In this document: in pieces, positions 10,604 to 24,100 of the stretch
Position numbering within the stretch: the stretch's first letter is position 1
Layout: each line of letters opens with the position of its first letter
Assembly: GCA_032718475.1 (NCBI GenBank)
Contig: JAUCBJ010009151.1
Coordinates: 62,001-126,000 of the forward strand
Origin: Nemertoderma westbladi
Taxonomy: Eukaryota > Animalia > Xenacoelomorpha
Direction: 5' to 3'
DNA: 64,000 nt
Made by a program: the position numbers and the translations under genes
Notes under the pieces: model-generated
What the model saw: only the letters and a program-made list of their open reading frames with translations
The model's database searches: none
Told to the model about the DNA's origin: nothing

Positions 10604-12416
10604 GGGCTGGTTTGCCTTTGGTTATCACTTATCTCTCTACACCATTCTTAGTTAGTACAACTTACGGTTCACTACTCTTGTTAAACTTGATTCATTCAGT
10701 TTATTATGTTTCTTGTTGAAACTATTTGGCAATTCTGTTTGATAAAGTTTTGTAAACTGTAAATATACTATAAACTTCTGAACATGTTTTTCTGCATTTG
10801 TCCAACTTTGGGACAGCAAAGCATCAGGAAGATGGCCGCCTAGACCGTTAGGCCGTCAGCAACGCAGGGAAAGGATGTCCACAACACGCTAGCGCCCACA
10901 TTAGCTTAGACCGCGCACCCCCTTCGCCCTTCGAAATGCTCCACTCGCCATGCAGCGCCCTCTTTATGAGGAAGGTAAGACTTTGTTTGATGCCCTTGCC
11001 CGCCGTAAGACCTATAGATCAGGGTAAGCGTGACGCCGCAAATTTAGGATCAAATAACTATATTTTGGCAGAACCCCCCCCCCCCCCCCCCCCCCCCCTT
11101 GTCAGTAGTACGAACCCCTGGGTTACCTGTATACCTCACAGGTGCGAATTATTGCCATTCGTCAGTACGCGAGTACACATTAGGTACGGACAGCATATGT
11201 TCCATAATTTAGTGATTCGTAGTACTGACTGTTTGGTACCGGTTCGCTTTGTAGAGCATACATTAGTACCCTACCCCCGCCTGAAGTTAGTTATTTGATC
11301 AGGCAAGGAGTATTTCTGCTACCGGCACACTGCTTGGCCTAGGGAGGTTTTATTAATATCCTACCGCGCCTTGCCACGTACTGATAGGTATTGCTGCTAA
11401 CTACCGCAGCAACAAAGTTCTAGAATCAAATTTGTATACCAGATCAGCTAACGTACAGTAGCAATTAACCCCTATTTCTTATCTTACAACCAGAATCTGG
11501 TATTTGTGCCTATCACGGGTGTAGTTACTAACACCGTGGTTGCCCAGTTGAGTTGTGGATAGGAAGAAGAGAGCTTTGACATCATTTGTAAGTATAAAGC
11601 TCTACAAAACGCGACTAGCTTATTTTAGTAGCTAGCGCACGGTATTATTTCGGTCAGAGAATTACCAAAACCTAGTAAATGATATACACCAAAATTGTTT
11701 TATTGTAACACACCCACACACACACGCCCTAAAACATATTTACCCTTAGAGTTCCTACTAGATAGCGCAATTTAGATTTAGGCAGAATTTATCTGTATTT
11801 GTAAATTAGGATCAGATATTTAGTTACGGCAAGGGAGCATTTCATCTTCGTTATTAAACTGTTGTTTTTCTGCGCATCAGTTATTGTTACATTTAGGTAC
11901 GACCTCTTTTAGGCTGATTCAGACAGGGGGATCAGTATTGTTACGCTAGGTCCGTAACCAACCTAGCTCGTATATAAACCATATAAATCACACCGCGGCA
12001 AGTTACTGTATTTAGGACTGTCAGCGATAGTTAGGATTCGCTGCGCGGGGATTGTTTTCCCGTGAGTTTGGTCTGTTACTGTAACTGTACATCTGCCATA
12101 CCGGTTAGAGGACAGGTATCCTTTTGTCTAGTACGTAGGCATTAGACCCGCCCACGTACATAGAATAGACACCAGGCTCTGCTCCTCGCCAGTAGTAGTT
12201 TGTGTATTGTATCTGTTTGTTTAGATATCCTGGACTGGGATTTGTTGTCAGATACTGTACGAGCCCGTTCCATTACTAGAGTCTTACAGTAAGATACATC
12301 GTTACTAGGATCTGGTAAGCGGTATACTACTGGACTTTACGGATAGAGATATTCTATAGCTTCGTATTTGTAGATTTGTAGGCTGTAGGGTAGTTCCTAC
12401 CGTAGAGGACACAACA

Positions 12417-12426
12417 GTGAGGTATA
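12417..12426 (+). promoter_or_regulatory. Non-tRNA primer-binding position GTGAGGTATA, complementary to LTR-internal TATACCTCAC (11130-11139)
   Basis: No TGG start next to the LTR; exact 10-nt reverse complement present in both LTR copies (11130-11139, 30835-30844). Confidence 0.7.
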
Positions 12427-13444
12427 TTTTATTTTATGAAAGTGAGAGATATACTTTGCAGTGGTATATGTTTGTTTACCTCACAACAGTGAGGTATATT
12501 TTATTAAATATCTTAACTGAAAGTGCGTGCGCACTTTACAGTGAGATATATATATATAAATATATATTGTTAGCTATTGTAAAAGTAGGAGATATTTAAA
12601 AATTTAAGGTTAGTAAAATTTAGTAATTTGTAGAACGTCCCCTGCTTCAGTAGCCTTTTAGGGTAGCTAGTACTTTTGTATTTAATATTTGACTAGCTAA
12701 TAGTTAGTTTGTAGCAATTTGTTTTACGCCGTGTGTGTGCGGTGTTACTTTTCGGTACTTGAAAAGGTACATAGGGTTTAAAGACCAAGTTGTATCGGTA
12801 CCTAGGAAGATTTTTCGTAGAGTAGAAGTAAAACTCTCACCTTCGACTTTTCAGGACTCAAGGACTCATTTCTGGACCGCTTCGAGGATTAGACCGCTTT
12901 TCGCAAAGTTTGGGAGACAAAAAATTCGTCCGCACCGCCGAAAACGGAACGACCCACGTCCGGTTTGTATTTGGGAATTTGTACGACTGGAAGATCAAAG
13001 GAACGTAAGTTTTACGACTCGTGTCGTTCAAACTTAAGAAAGCACAGTAGTACTCAAAATTTGTGGGTTTCACTGTCTATTAGTAGTGTTGTTGGTACTT
13101 ATTTTCCCGTTAGACATTGCTGTTTTGCCTATTATTTGTACTTGTTGATCTACATTTTGGTAACGTATACTGTTATCTCATTTATTCGTACAAATTTAGC
13201 CAGTAGGCTAGATTATTACTTATTTTATTATATACTTTGTTAATTTTATTTGTACCGGTTAGGGTATATATATCAAGGTAAGTTTGTCATTTGGACATTT
13301 CGACATTTCGACATTCTGACTTTGTTGATTTATTTGTACCGGTTAGGGTATATATATGCTATATATATACCGAGGTAAGTTTGACATTTCAACATTCAGA
13401 TATTTTGAAATTTTATTACCCGTACTTGATGTATATAATAAGAC

Positions 13445-14055
13445 ATGAGTGACACACCCCATTCGACTCGATACCCCCCTACCGACTATGACTCGTGCGA
13501 CCCGGACAGATCGACAGTAGACGAACCGAGAAGGAGAACCCGAGATTCTACCGATGTCACACCGCGTGCGTCGCCGGTACCCCGAACGGAAATACCGGAA
13601 GCCGCAACGCGTGGCGACGGCAGAATCGAAGATTTCCTTACCGTCCCGCAGACCAGATCGCGGGAACCGGACATGGTAAGTTCGACTGGAAGCCAGGAGA
13701 ACGTTATTAGGAGTATAGGAGGACACATGGCCCAGATTACTCGGAACCTCGGAGAAGGTTTTCGCTTTTTACGCGAATTAACCACCCCGATGTCGAGATA
13801 CGAGTTCTACACCTTACAGGTAAGGATAGAAAGTAGGGTACATGCCTCCGTAGATAAACTTAAAGGTTTACACGAACTTGCAGAGTTGCGTGGCGACAAC
13901 TTTACTCAAAGATAATAGATAAGTTGGTAAGTGCGAGAGAAAGCCTTATCCAGTTTAAGTCAGTAATAAGATTGGCTCAACAGGAGCAGTTCGACCAACT
14001 GCTAGGTGAGTCAGTTTCGGACGCGTTGTTACAACCCGAAGAGGAAGAAGAGTTT
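13445..14055 (+). pseudogene. gag: BEL-1 gag N-terminal part (frameshift near 13910), interrupted by a LINE
   Basis: ATG 13445; after a frameshift reads IIDKLVSARE...LLQPEEEEEF. Removing 14056-18141 joins it in frame to LRRCGVPIEEP of ORF 18070..21126. Confidence 0.75.
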
Positions 14056-17000
14056 AAGTTTTTTTTTAAGTTTATTGTTATTTATAGGAAAATGTTATAA
14101 TTAGAACCATCACCAAAGCACAGTTTAGTTGTAATGGAATAAAAAGAAAAAGAAAAAGAAAATGTGTATGCAGTGTGCGAGGCGGTGGGTTGGTAAGGGT
14201 TGCAGCAATAGCCAGGCTAGTCGTGGCTGCCAACCGACCAAGGGTAAATGTACTGTATATGTAACTAAGTATTATATATTTGAAAAAAGATAAAATAAGA
14301 ACTGTTATAAACCTTTAATAATTGTTGGTCAGGATCACAAGGAAATATAATAATTTAATTAACCATTTTACAATACACTGTAGTGAAGAAACAGTCCAGT
14401 CGCAGTGTATGTGAGAAGGAAATATAATAAGATAGAGCCAGACATATAGGGAGATATTGTGTAATGTATTATTATGACGTTACGTCATGTGTTCAAATAG
14501 GTATGTTTTAAATTGACGTTTAAATGAAAATTTAGATTTGCTAATAATTAGACTAGAGGGGAGACTGTTCCACAATACTGGCCCAGTGACTGATAATCCT
14601 TGGTGTGCTACATTGAGACGGGTTAACGGTACTACGAATTTGCCTAAAGTAGATGAACGTATATAAATCAATATCAGACAATTTAGTAAAAAAATTTGAA
14701 AGAGGGTGATTATTAGAAGATTTTGATATATCGAACATTAACTGGCCTAATTGTAATTCAAATATAGATTCGATTGGCAAAACATTTAGTGATTTGTAAA
14801 GTGGCACAGAGTGAGCCCGGTAGTCACTAAATGTTATGCAACGCAAGATTTTATTAACTTTAATTCTTAGTGGACGTGTTATTAATTTGCAGGCAGTACC
14901 CCAAGCAAGAATTCCAGAAGTGATGTAAGGATTAATTAAAGTATAATACGTAAAATTTGGCTTGGGAAAAAGTGTCTTAATTTATAAAAAAGTCCGGAGG
15001 ATCTAGATTAAGGATGTAATTTATATGCGTTTTCCAGCTCAAATTGTCATCGATAAAGATACCTAAGTACTTAGTGCTATTTACCTTAGTAATTTCATTG
15101 GCTTTAATTTTAACTTTCGGTAGTCCAAGGCAGTTTTTGTTACTAAAAATAGAGTATTCTGTTTTACTAAGATTAAGTGATAATGAGTTGTCTATAAGCC
15201 AGTCCGAAATTTTTTCCAGTTCAGTGTTTGTGTTGTTAATCAATAATTTTAAGTCTGAATTGAAGCACAGTAACGTCGTATCGTCGGCAAATAAAGTTGT
15301 CAAAAATTTGGATGCGTCCGGTAAGTCGTTCACATATAAAAGAAACAGCAATTGTGAAAGGACTGAACCCTGGGGCGTTCCGCAGGTTACCGGAAGAGTG
15401 GGTGAGATTATGCCATTTAAGGATACTGATTGTGTACGGTCTGTTAGAAAACTCCTAAGTAAAGTCTGGGGGGTGCCTCGAATTCCGTAAGATTCTAATT
15501 TTTTAAATAAGGGAGAGTGGTTCAGCGTATCAAACGCTTTTTTTAAATCTAGATAAATTACGCAGATAGATTCTTTTGAGTCAAGGTGAAATCAAATTTT
15601 TTCTGTAATTGTTAGAATAGCCGAAGCCGTAGAAATCCTCTTTCGAAAACCGAATTGTGATGCAGTCAAAATACAGAAACGATCTAAATAAGATTGGAGC
15701 TGTGAGTATATAACCTGTTCTAGAATTTTTGTAAAAACTGGCAATAATGATATTGGCCTATAGTTATTAGAATCTAGTGGATCACCCCCCTTAAAACATG
15801 GGATTATTTTAGATTGTTTAAGAGAAACTGGATAATGACCTGTTGTGATACATAGGTTAAATAAATATGCCAGATGAGGTGCAATGTGTTCAGCAGCAAT
15901 TTTTAATAATTTACTGGGAAAGTTGTCATTAGTAGCGCTGTTTTCATTTATTTGTAAAAGTAGGTAGTGAATTTCAGCTACAGAAGTTTCAATAAGAGTA
16001 AATGAATTCGAGTGTCGATGGTTAATGTGGCGGGTAGGGCATCGGTTAGATCGGGGTATTGTACTGGCAAGTTTTGGTCCAATAGTTGAAAAATGTTCGT
16101 TGAAAATAGATGCTATTTTATGGGGATCAGACGTTATTTTTGCCCCTACTTCTGTTCTGAAAGCAATTTTGGTAGGGCTTAGGGATTTCTTATTTTTGTG
16201 TAATACAGAGTTAATTACAGACCATGTCTTGCGCATATTTCCTTTGTTTTTTAAATATTCTTGATTATAGAATGATTTTTCAGCGGCTCTGATTACAGTC
16301 GTTAAATTATTACGATATGTTTTATAGGCTTTTTGGGTTTCAGAACACGGTGATTTAATATATTTTTCATATAATTTATTTTTTTTAGAAATTGATTTAA
16401 TTAGCAAAGGAGTTAGCCATGGTTTGCGTGCAATTTTTCTTTTTGTAATTATTTTTTTAGGTAAGTGTTTTTGGCATAATTGATCAAAAGAATTGTAAAA
16501 AATGTCGAATTTTTTATCTGTCGGTATATTATGTGATCGGTAAGCTGCGAGAGGTGGTAATGAAAGGTCGAGCAAAAAACTAAGTTAAATTTGCTATAAT
16601 CATAGCACATTTTAGTATTGGGCTGTTTGAAAAAAGCAGAATAATTATGAAATAACGCAAATGTTCCAAGGTGGTCTGTTGTGCCAATTTCTGATAAAAA
16701 AACGCCGGCAGTAGTAAAATCATTCGTAATATTAGTAATAATATGGTCAAGCGTTGAATTAGCACCGTGTACAATTCGAGTGGGTTTTATTATTAATTGG
16801 GAAAATCCGTATGATGAAAGTATCTGTAAGTATCGTGCACTATATGATGTCATTTTGTTTAAGTTAACATTGAAGTCACCAGTGAGGACGATATCTATAT
16901 TTTTATCAGATACTTTCGCCAATGCGGGTTCTAGAATATTTATAAAATTATTGTAATTGACAGATGGGGGTCTGTATATTACACCTAACACTAAGGACTT

Positions 17001-18138
17001 CTTGTTGGATTTTTTAATTTGGATCCATTTATTATGAATTCCCGACACAGTCAAGTCGTCTCGTTCCGTAAAGGTTAGCGTATCCTTAATGTAAATTCCC
17101 ACACCCCAACCGGAGCCTGAGGAACGTCCCTCTGGTCTGTCTGATAGTAGCGGTCCTACATAGTTGTCAAGTTTTAATTTACAGTGATTGTCTTTAGCAC
17201 CTACTAATGTGTCAGTAAAAGTGATAACATCAAAATCTTCGTCTAATGTACTTAAAAATTCAGCAGTGTAAGAAAGATTATTGTTTAGACTTCTACAATT
17301 TAGGTGATATACAGAAAAAGAGTTATGATGAGAACCTATACGCTCGATTTCACTGTTAAATTTAGTATCATTATAGTATTCGCTATTTCGCGCTAAATTT
17401 TGAATGTTATTATCCGGATCAATAGTAGCAAAACTAGGATTATCAGCATTTTCGTTGAGCAAGTATAAATCGTCGGAAATTCCGAAAATATCATAGTCGT
17501 TAGACGGAATATCGCTAAAAGGAAAAATCCCATGTAAACAAAAAATGCAGTAGTGACTCGTAAAAAACTGAGACTGTTCAAGCTCTGCGGTTTCTCCATA
17601 TGTCAGGCAAGTTCCACACTGCTGGTGATAACTGTTTCTACACACCGCGCATAAAATGGTATTATCGTTATTTTTGAATCCTGAAAAACAGAGAGCACAT
17701 GAATTACTACAATTAGAGTTCGTATCAATCTTCCCACCTGCAATAATGCCTCAGCTGACAGCCTGCACACTGCATACTGTCGCTTAATACAATGTATATA
17801 TATTATACACTATGTTATAATATATAATATTAATAAATCAGTACATCCCGTTAAGCCCTGACCATATATGGGCCACTAGTGATATTGTAAGTCAGTTAAA
17901 TTAATTCTGTAAATTATTCCAAGAGTTAATAATAATTTGAATTGCCTTTCTGGATGACCAGATTAGGGGTTTCCTAGGATCCTATGCGTATTAATTTCCA
18001 TCACAGTCCAGAGAGTTATAAGGATTTAAAGAGGGAGTAATTGGCGAACTATTCTGGCGTTGTTGGAAGGTGGTAACGGCGTCGATTTCGTCGACAACAA
18101 TCTACTGCCTGGATGGGAGATTAGGGACGCTCACCAAT
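14056..18138 (-). mobile_element. CR1/L2-group (Crack/Daphne-like) LINE nested in BEL-1 gag
   Basis: AT-rich block with PHD-APE-RT coding remnants; 3' end AATAAACTTAAAAAAAAACTT on minus; only TTT duplicated at the junctions (14053-55 and 18139-41). Confidence 0.85.
14480..17750 (-). pseudogene. LINE ORF2: PHD finger, APE endonuclease and reverse transcriptase; multiple frameshifts/stops
   Basis: CALC..CAVC..HQQC..CIFC (PHD); YHLNCRSL, GVIYRPP, GDFNVNL, TLDHII, TDH (APE); NYRPISLLP, QFGFRK, GTPQGSVL, LFADDTT (RT) across ORFs 16449..17645, 15592..16575, 14977..15351, 14553..14846 and 14480..14671. Confidence 0.9.
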
Positions 18139-18141
18139 TTT

Positions 18142-21126
18142 CTTCGTAGATGCGGCGTACCGATTGAAGAACCGGAAGTGGAACCGCGAGGGACGACGGA
18201 AGTTCTTACTACGGAAGGCTCGCGAGCCTACCAAAATCCACCAATGGATAGATCATTCGTTAGCATGCGGAGCGACATTGGCGACATTAGTAGAACAGCG
18301 TCTGTAATTACTCGACAACAACAGGAGGTTGCACGCCGACAACAAGTCGTCGAGGAAGAAGCGCAACAGTGGATGGCACAGATCGCCATCGAGGGAGAGA
18401 AACAACGTAGAGAAGATGAGACGAGAATTGCGCAACTCAAGGCGCAAGCCGAAGTCGAAGCATCGGAGATGAGAAGATTAGCACGACAGAAAGAGGCATC
18501 TGACGCACGTGCTCAGTTGGAGGCACGGCAAATAAAATCACGTTTAGCTATACAGGAAGCAGAGTTAGCGGCACAACAACAAGTAGCGGATCGACTCGAA
18601 AGGGAGATGCAACTACAGTTCGAACTAAATCGTAGATCGCGCGAGGCAGCGAACGCGCAAGCGTACCTTGAACTCGACGCGAGAGATAGATCTATAAGAT
18701 CGCGAGCTGGACACGACTTGTCTGCCCTGGATCGCATGGAAGCTCGATATCGCGGAATTCAGAAGCGAATCGAGGAAGGAAGTGTGGGAGCGATAGATCG
18801 AGGAGAGGAGTTCATCGAGGATTACTGTAAACGTTTTCCCCAAGTTATTCCTATGCTCAAACCCACGACTCCGATAAAACCAGTCTTTGTTACGAAACCT
18901 AAGGAAATAACACCTGTGCGCTCGACGCAAGGTAGCAGGTTTGTTGTGACGGAAATACCGCAACCTAGGGCGACTTCATCGCCAATTTTAGCAGGTAACG
19001 TAACTAGTCCACCTACAGTAAGTCGTAGTCTACTTGTAGGAAGAGAGGAACCTGCGTTTATGACAATTAAACAGGTAAGTAAGCCATTAGTAGTTAAACC
19101 TGTGACGTGCTGTGCGAACCCAGTTATTTATAGACCGACTACGAAACCCGACTACTTTACTCGACCTTTGACACAATGTTCGACACAACCTACGACTTCG
19201 TGGAAGGCTTGCGAGCCTGCCGAACAACGGAGGAGAACGGATGTGGGTAGTACCCACGGGATCGAACAACGTTTAACGAGACCTACGACTTCGTGGAAGG
19301 CTTGTGAGCCTACCGAACGACGGAGAACCGTAGATTCTGGACCCCAACGAGTGAGACAAAAGGTAATACGCCGGACGCGAACATGCCAGCCACCTTATCC
19401 GGACGACAGCGACTCATCCAGTGACTCGGAGTCGACGGAACGGGAAATATTCCGTACTGGAGCGGCAGCGACAGCGGATTACAAACGAGAGGAACGATCG
19501 ACGAACCCCTACATCGACAATCCTCCACGAGAAACACCCCAGCAGAAACCCACGTTGCAACCAGTGGAAACGATCAGCGCCAAACAGTTCGCCGAGATGA
19601 CGGACCGACTAGCTCAACTCGAAGAACGACTTGAAGCGCAACCGTCGGATCAATCACGAACCAGCGTGAAGTTAGAACAACCTAGACAACATCGACCACC
19701 AAGGCGAGAACAGGAGACTAGACAGACTCCGACACATCGAGAAGAAGATCCCGTTAATAATTCCTACCGACGAACAACACGCGGAAGGGAACGACTGGAC
19801 GACGCCACCGAACAGGGACGCGGACAGTTGGATTTGGTTAGTGAGATTGCGAAATTCGGGGCTAGACACGGATTACCGGCACAGCAACCGCCGAAGTTCT
19901 CTGGCAACGCGAAACACTGGCGCACACTGGTAGACTACATAGAGTCCCAGATCACTAAGTGTGCTTTCACCTCGACGGAGAAGTTTAATTACTTGCTCCT
20001 AGTCCAGTCTGGTGAGCCGAAAGGATTAGCGGAAACCTTTATTGGTGTTCCCGATGCCTTTGAGTTGGCGTACGACCGTTTGTATTCGATTTACGGCGGT
20101 AACGTCGCCATAGCTAAATCCATTATCGAAGACCTCTGTAGAGGAGGCAGCATTTCGAAACCGATCGATCTTCTACGACTCGCGGACGAAATAAAAAACG
20201 CTATAGGGACTTTACGGTCCATTGGACAACTCGAGTACGCTAACGCACCGACGGTTCTCATCAGGATAATCAGTCGACTTCATCATCGACTTCGACGAAA
20301 ATGGCGACGCATCGAGTACCAGCGTGAAGAGGCCGGCGGGCTATTAAAACTCACCGACGTCTATCAACTGATTTCGCGGGAGGCCGTTATCGAGACTCAA
20401 TCGAATTATACTGATCATCATATCGGGACAGAAGGGATAGCTATTTCTGCGCCGACTCGGACTAAACCGTTTCCGACGAACGCGAAAGCCGTTACCTACA
20501 ACACCCCTACTGAGACTTCTAAAGTACTGACGCCTATCGGCACCATGCAGCCACGACAACAGTTGCCGGCGGACTTTATGGGATGCTCATATTGCGAGCG
20601 GGACGGCAGAAACCATAGCGGACATAAACTTCGTGGATGTCGCGCTTTTAAAGAGTTAGGAATCGAGGAGAGGAGACTCCAAATCCAATCTTTAGATTCT
20701 TGCTGGAGATGTACCAAGCCAGGACACGTCCGGAAGGATTGCCCGAGCGACGATACATGTCCTCTGTATGGACGTAACCATGACACGTTACTTCACACTA
20801 CTAGTCATACTCCGACCAGACGCTTTCGACGAGAGCATCCAGATAAAGCGGCTAGATGCGACGCTCCTCACAGAACTAGAACTAGAACTAGAACGCTCCT
20901 CACACAGAACCAATTGAAAGGGTTTAGCGTGATTCCTATAAAGATTACTGGAACCCGAGGGAGCAAGCGTATATACGCTATCTTAGACTCTGCGTCATCA
21001 CACAGTTATGTCGACGAACAAGTAGCTGACGTGGTTACGGACATGAGTCACGGTAAGACTGCTCAGTATACTGTTGGACGGGCCGAATATGAACAATTAC
21101 CTCATGGGAGTCCTAATGAGTTTTAG
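18142..21126 (+). pseudogene. gag: BEL-1 gag (coiled coil, DUF1759-like, three Cys/His knuckles) plus start of aspartic protease
   Basis: LPAQQPPKFSGNAKHW, LRRKW, CSYC..H..C, CWRCTKPGHVRKDC, HDTLLH; protease YAILDSASSHSYV; truncated by an internal deletion near 21060. Confidence 0.88.
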
Positions 21127-24100
21127 ACAACGCAAAGTGGCTTTCACCTGTGACGTAGAGGCCATGTTTCACCAGGTTAAGGCTTTGGAGCGGGACAGGG
21201 ACAGCTTGAGGTTTCTTTGGTATCCGGACGGAAATTTAGAACTTCCGCCAGAAACTTACCAAATGCAGGTAAGGGTCTTCGGAGCCAGGGACAGCCCCAA
21301 CTGCACCATGTACGCCTTAAAGCAGACCGCATTGGACAGACGAGACCAATTTGACCCAGAAGTAGTTCGGACAGTGGAACGAGATTTCTACGTGGATGAC
21401 GGCCTCAAAAGTTGTGACACTTTGGAGCCTGCTACAACCGTAGCACATCAACTCCAGGATTGTCTCGCTGAGGGCGGATTCCACCTGACGAAGTTCGCTT
21501 CCAACGAACCCGAACTGGTGAACTCATTTGACCCGACGGATCGTAGTGGAGGTGACTTAGACTTAGACCTAGAACCTCTGCCAACGACCAAAGTATTAGG
21601 ACTTAGTTGGGACCCTAACACCGACAATTTTAGGGTACGTGTAAGGTCCAACGACCAGACTAGACCTCTCACTAAGAGGACTTGCTTATCGACCATGAGT
21701 CGATTGTATGACCCATTGTGTTTCATTAGTCCAGTGATCCTACATGCTAGGATCATACTCCGCAGCATTTGGCAAGCCGGACTGGAATGGGACGATCCCA
21801 TCCCAGAAAAGTTAGCTGAGCAATGGAGGGACTGGGAAGCCCAACTGACGTTCCTACAAGACTATACCATACCAAGGGTATACTTTCCTTTGCAGACCAC
21901 CTTTCCTGCCGATTTAGAGCTTCACAGCTTTAGTGACGCTAGCAAGGATGGATTGGGGGTTACCTTATACCTTAGACGACAAGTGACATCGGACGGCTAC
22001 GATGTGTCTCTCGTTACTTCTAGGGCTAGAACAATGCCGTTGAAGTATATGACTGTACCTCGTGGAAAGCTGCAAGCCGGGACGATATCCACCGATATTG
22101 TCAGTCTAGTTCAACGCGAGCTGGAGGCTAACTTGAAGGTCACATATTGGACAGATGCGACGTTGGTACTTTGGTACATAAACAACAAAGCATTTGAGTT
22201 CAAGACTTTCGTAGCCAACAGACGGGCTGAAATATTAGACCGGTCGCTCAAACAAGATTGGCATCACTGTCCAGGGAAGCTGAACCCAGCTGACATCGCG
22301 TCGCGGGGGATGCAACCGCTTGACTTTTGTAAACCAGACAATAAATCCTTTTGGTTTAGAGGACCCGATTTCCTACAGCAACCATCAGACGAATGGCCAC
22401 CGTTATTCGACGCGACAACCAACACCATACCAGAGGGTGCCAAGATAAAAATCGACAAGGTTGTCTAATCCAAAGCGAAAGCCAACGCCAAGGTCAAGAG
22501 GAAACAAGGACGGACGAAATCTGATGACCTGGATGCCAGACCTGACATTACACCAGACGTCTCACCAGAATCTCAACCAGACGCTCGCATGAATCTTTCG
22601 TCGGATGTTCCACGGGAGATTTCACCAGATGTTTCGCCGGATTGTTCACCAGATTACTAGCCAGATTATTCACCAGAAGCGACACCAGATTGTTCTCCGG
22701 ATTGCTCGCCAGATTGTTTTATGGAACTCTCGACAGAATGTTTACAGGACGTCTCACCAGACTTTCCACCAGACATCTCGACAGACTGTCCACCAGACTT
22801 TGGACCAGACTTTCTGACAGAAGTTAAGCCAGACTTTCTTTGGGACCGACGACAGGACATTTCGCCGGATGTTCCGCGCTATGTCTCACCAGACTGTTCA
22901 CCGGACGCTTCACCAGACTGTCTACTAGACACTCCAGTAGAAGACCCATTGGAGCGGACTATTAGAAACTTACCGAATTTGACTTCTTTCTCTTTGGACG
23001 ACAAAGGTGTGGCCACAGCGATCACACTCCGCTCAAAGAAGGTACTTGACTTACCACCTACAGGTAAACGTGTGACTAAGGTTAGGAAGCTTACAGGCTC
23101 ACAGGAACACACTGGCACTGTGGAGTTGAAACCGTTACTGTCAGTCGACTCACTAGAAGCGGACGGTAAAGGTAAGACCGTGGAGATTGACATACTTGGG
23201 GACTCAGACAAACCTATCGGAAGGCCCGTGGGCCTACCAAGTCCAGACAAGTATCCACACTATGACTATACCTTACCTGATGACGTCACCAACACTTACG
23301 TTGACAGGATAGTGAACCTAACTAGATCATGGACTGACGCGTGCCGCAAGTTAGCATGGCTCAAACGTTTGAGATAATATTCCAGAGGCAAACGCGATTT
23401 CCTAGAGGACTTACCTTAAAGGAAGTTGGTCATTATGAAGTTGATATCATTAGACATTATCAATTGCGATATTTCGCACGAGAGTTCACAGCGATCAACC
23501 AAGGTAAACAGATTAAGTCTTCACCGATTTTGAGTTGGAGTCCGATTATTTACCGGGGCTTACTTTGCCACAAGTCCAGACTCCAAAACATCGACTTTGC
23601 ACTAGACTTTAGGTATCCTATCACCATACCGCAACACCATGAATTACAGCGCGCTATGATACTGGACGCACATGTACAACTCAAACACGTGGGTAGACAC
23701 CACTGTCTATCACACTTACGATCGAGGTTTGTACTGATTAGACCTAGTAAGGCACTGAGTTCGGTAACACGGAACTGTATGATTTGTAAGAAGGTGCACA
23801 CGAGGATAGGACACCAAGAAATGAGTGAACTACCACTAGCGAGATTACAGGCATTTAGACCCCCTTTCACTGAGACAGGGATAGACAGTTTTGGACCCAT
23901 AATCGCGAAACGCGGAAGGGTACAGGTAAAATGTTGGGGATTGATCTTCACTTGCATGGCCAGCAGAGCTGTCCATATAGAGCGTGTGACAGATTTGACC
24001 ACCAATGCCTTTATCCTAGCCTTACGGCGATTTATCGCTAGACGTGGATTGGTCAAATCCATCTATTGCGACCAAGGGACAAATATTGTGGGTGCACGGA

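Larger units (their letters stand above)
10211..12416 (+). repeat. BEL-1 5' LTR
   Basis: TG...CA termini; near-identical to 29919-32121. Confidence 0.96.

Noticed and set aside
10936-11298. 120-aa ORF present in both BEL-1 LTRs
   Set aside because: Duplicated only because the LTR is; runs through a variable poly-C tract; no recognisable motifs.
12462-12480. TGGTATATG as a canonical tRNA PBS
   Set aside because: About 45 nt from the LTR end and part of the local degenerate AGTGAGGTATAT repeats.
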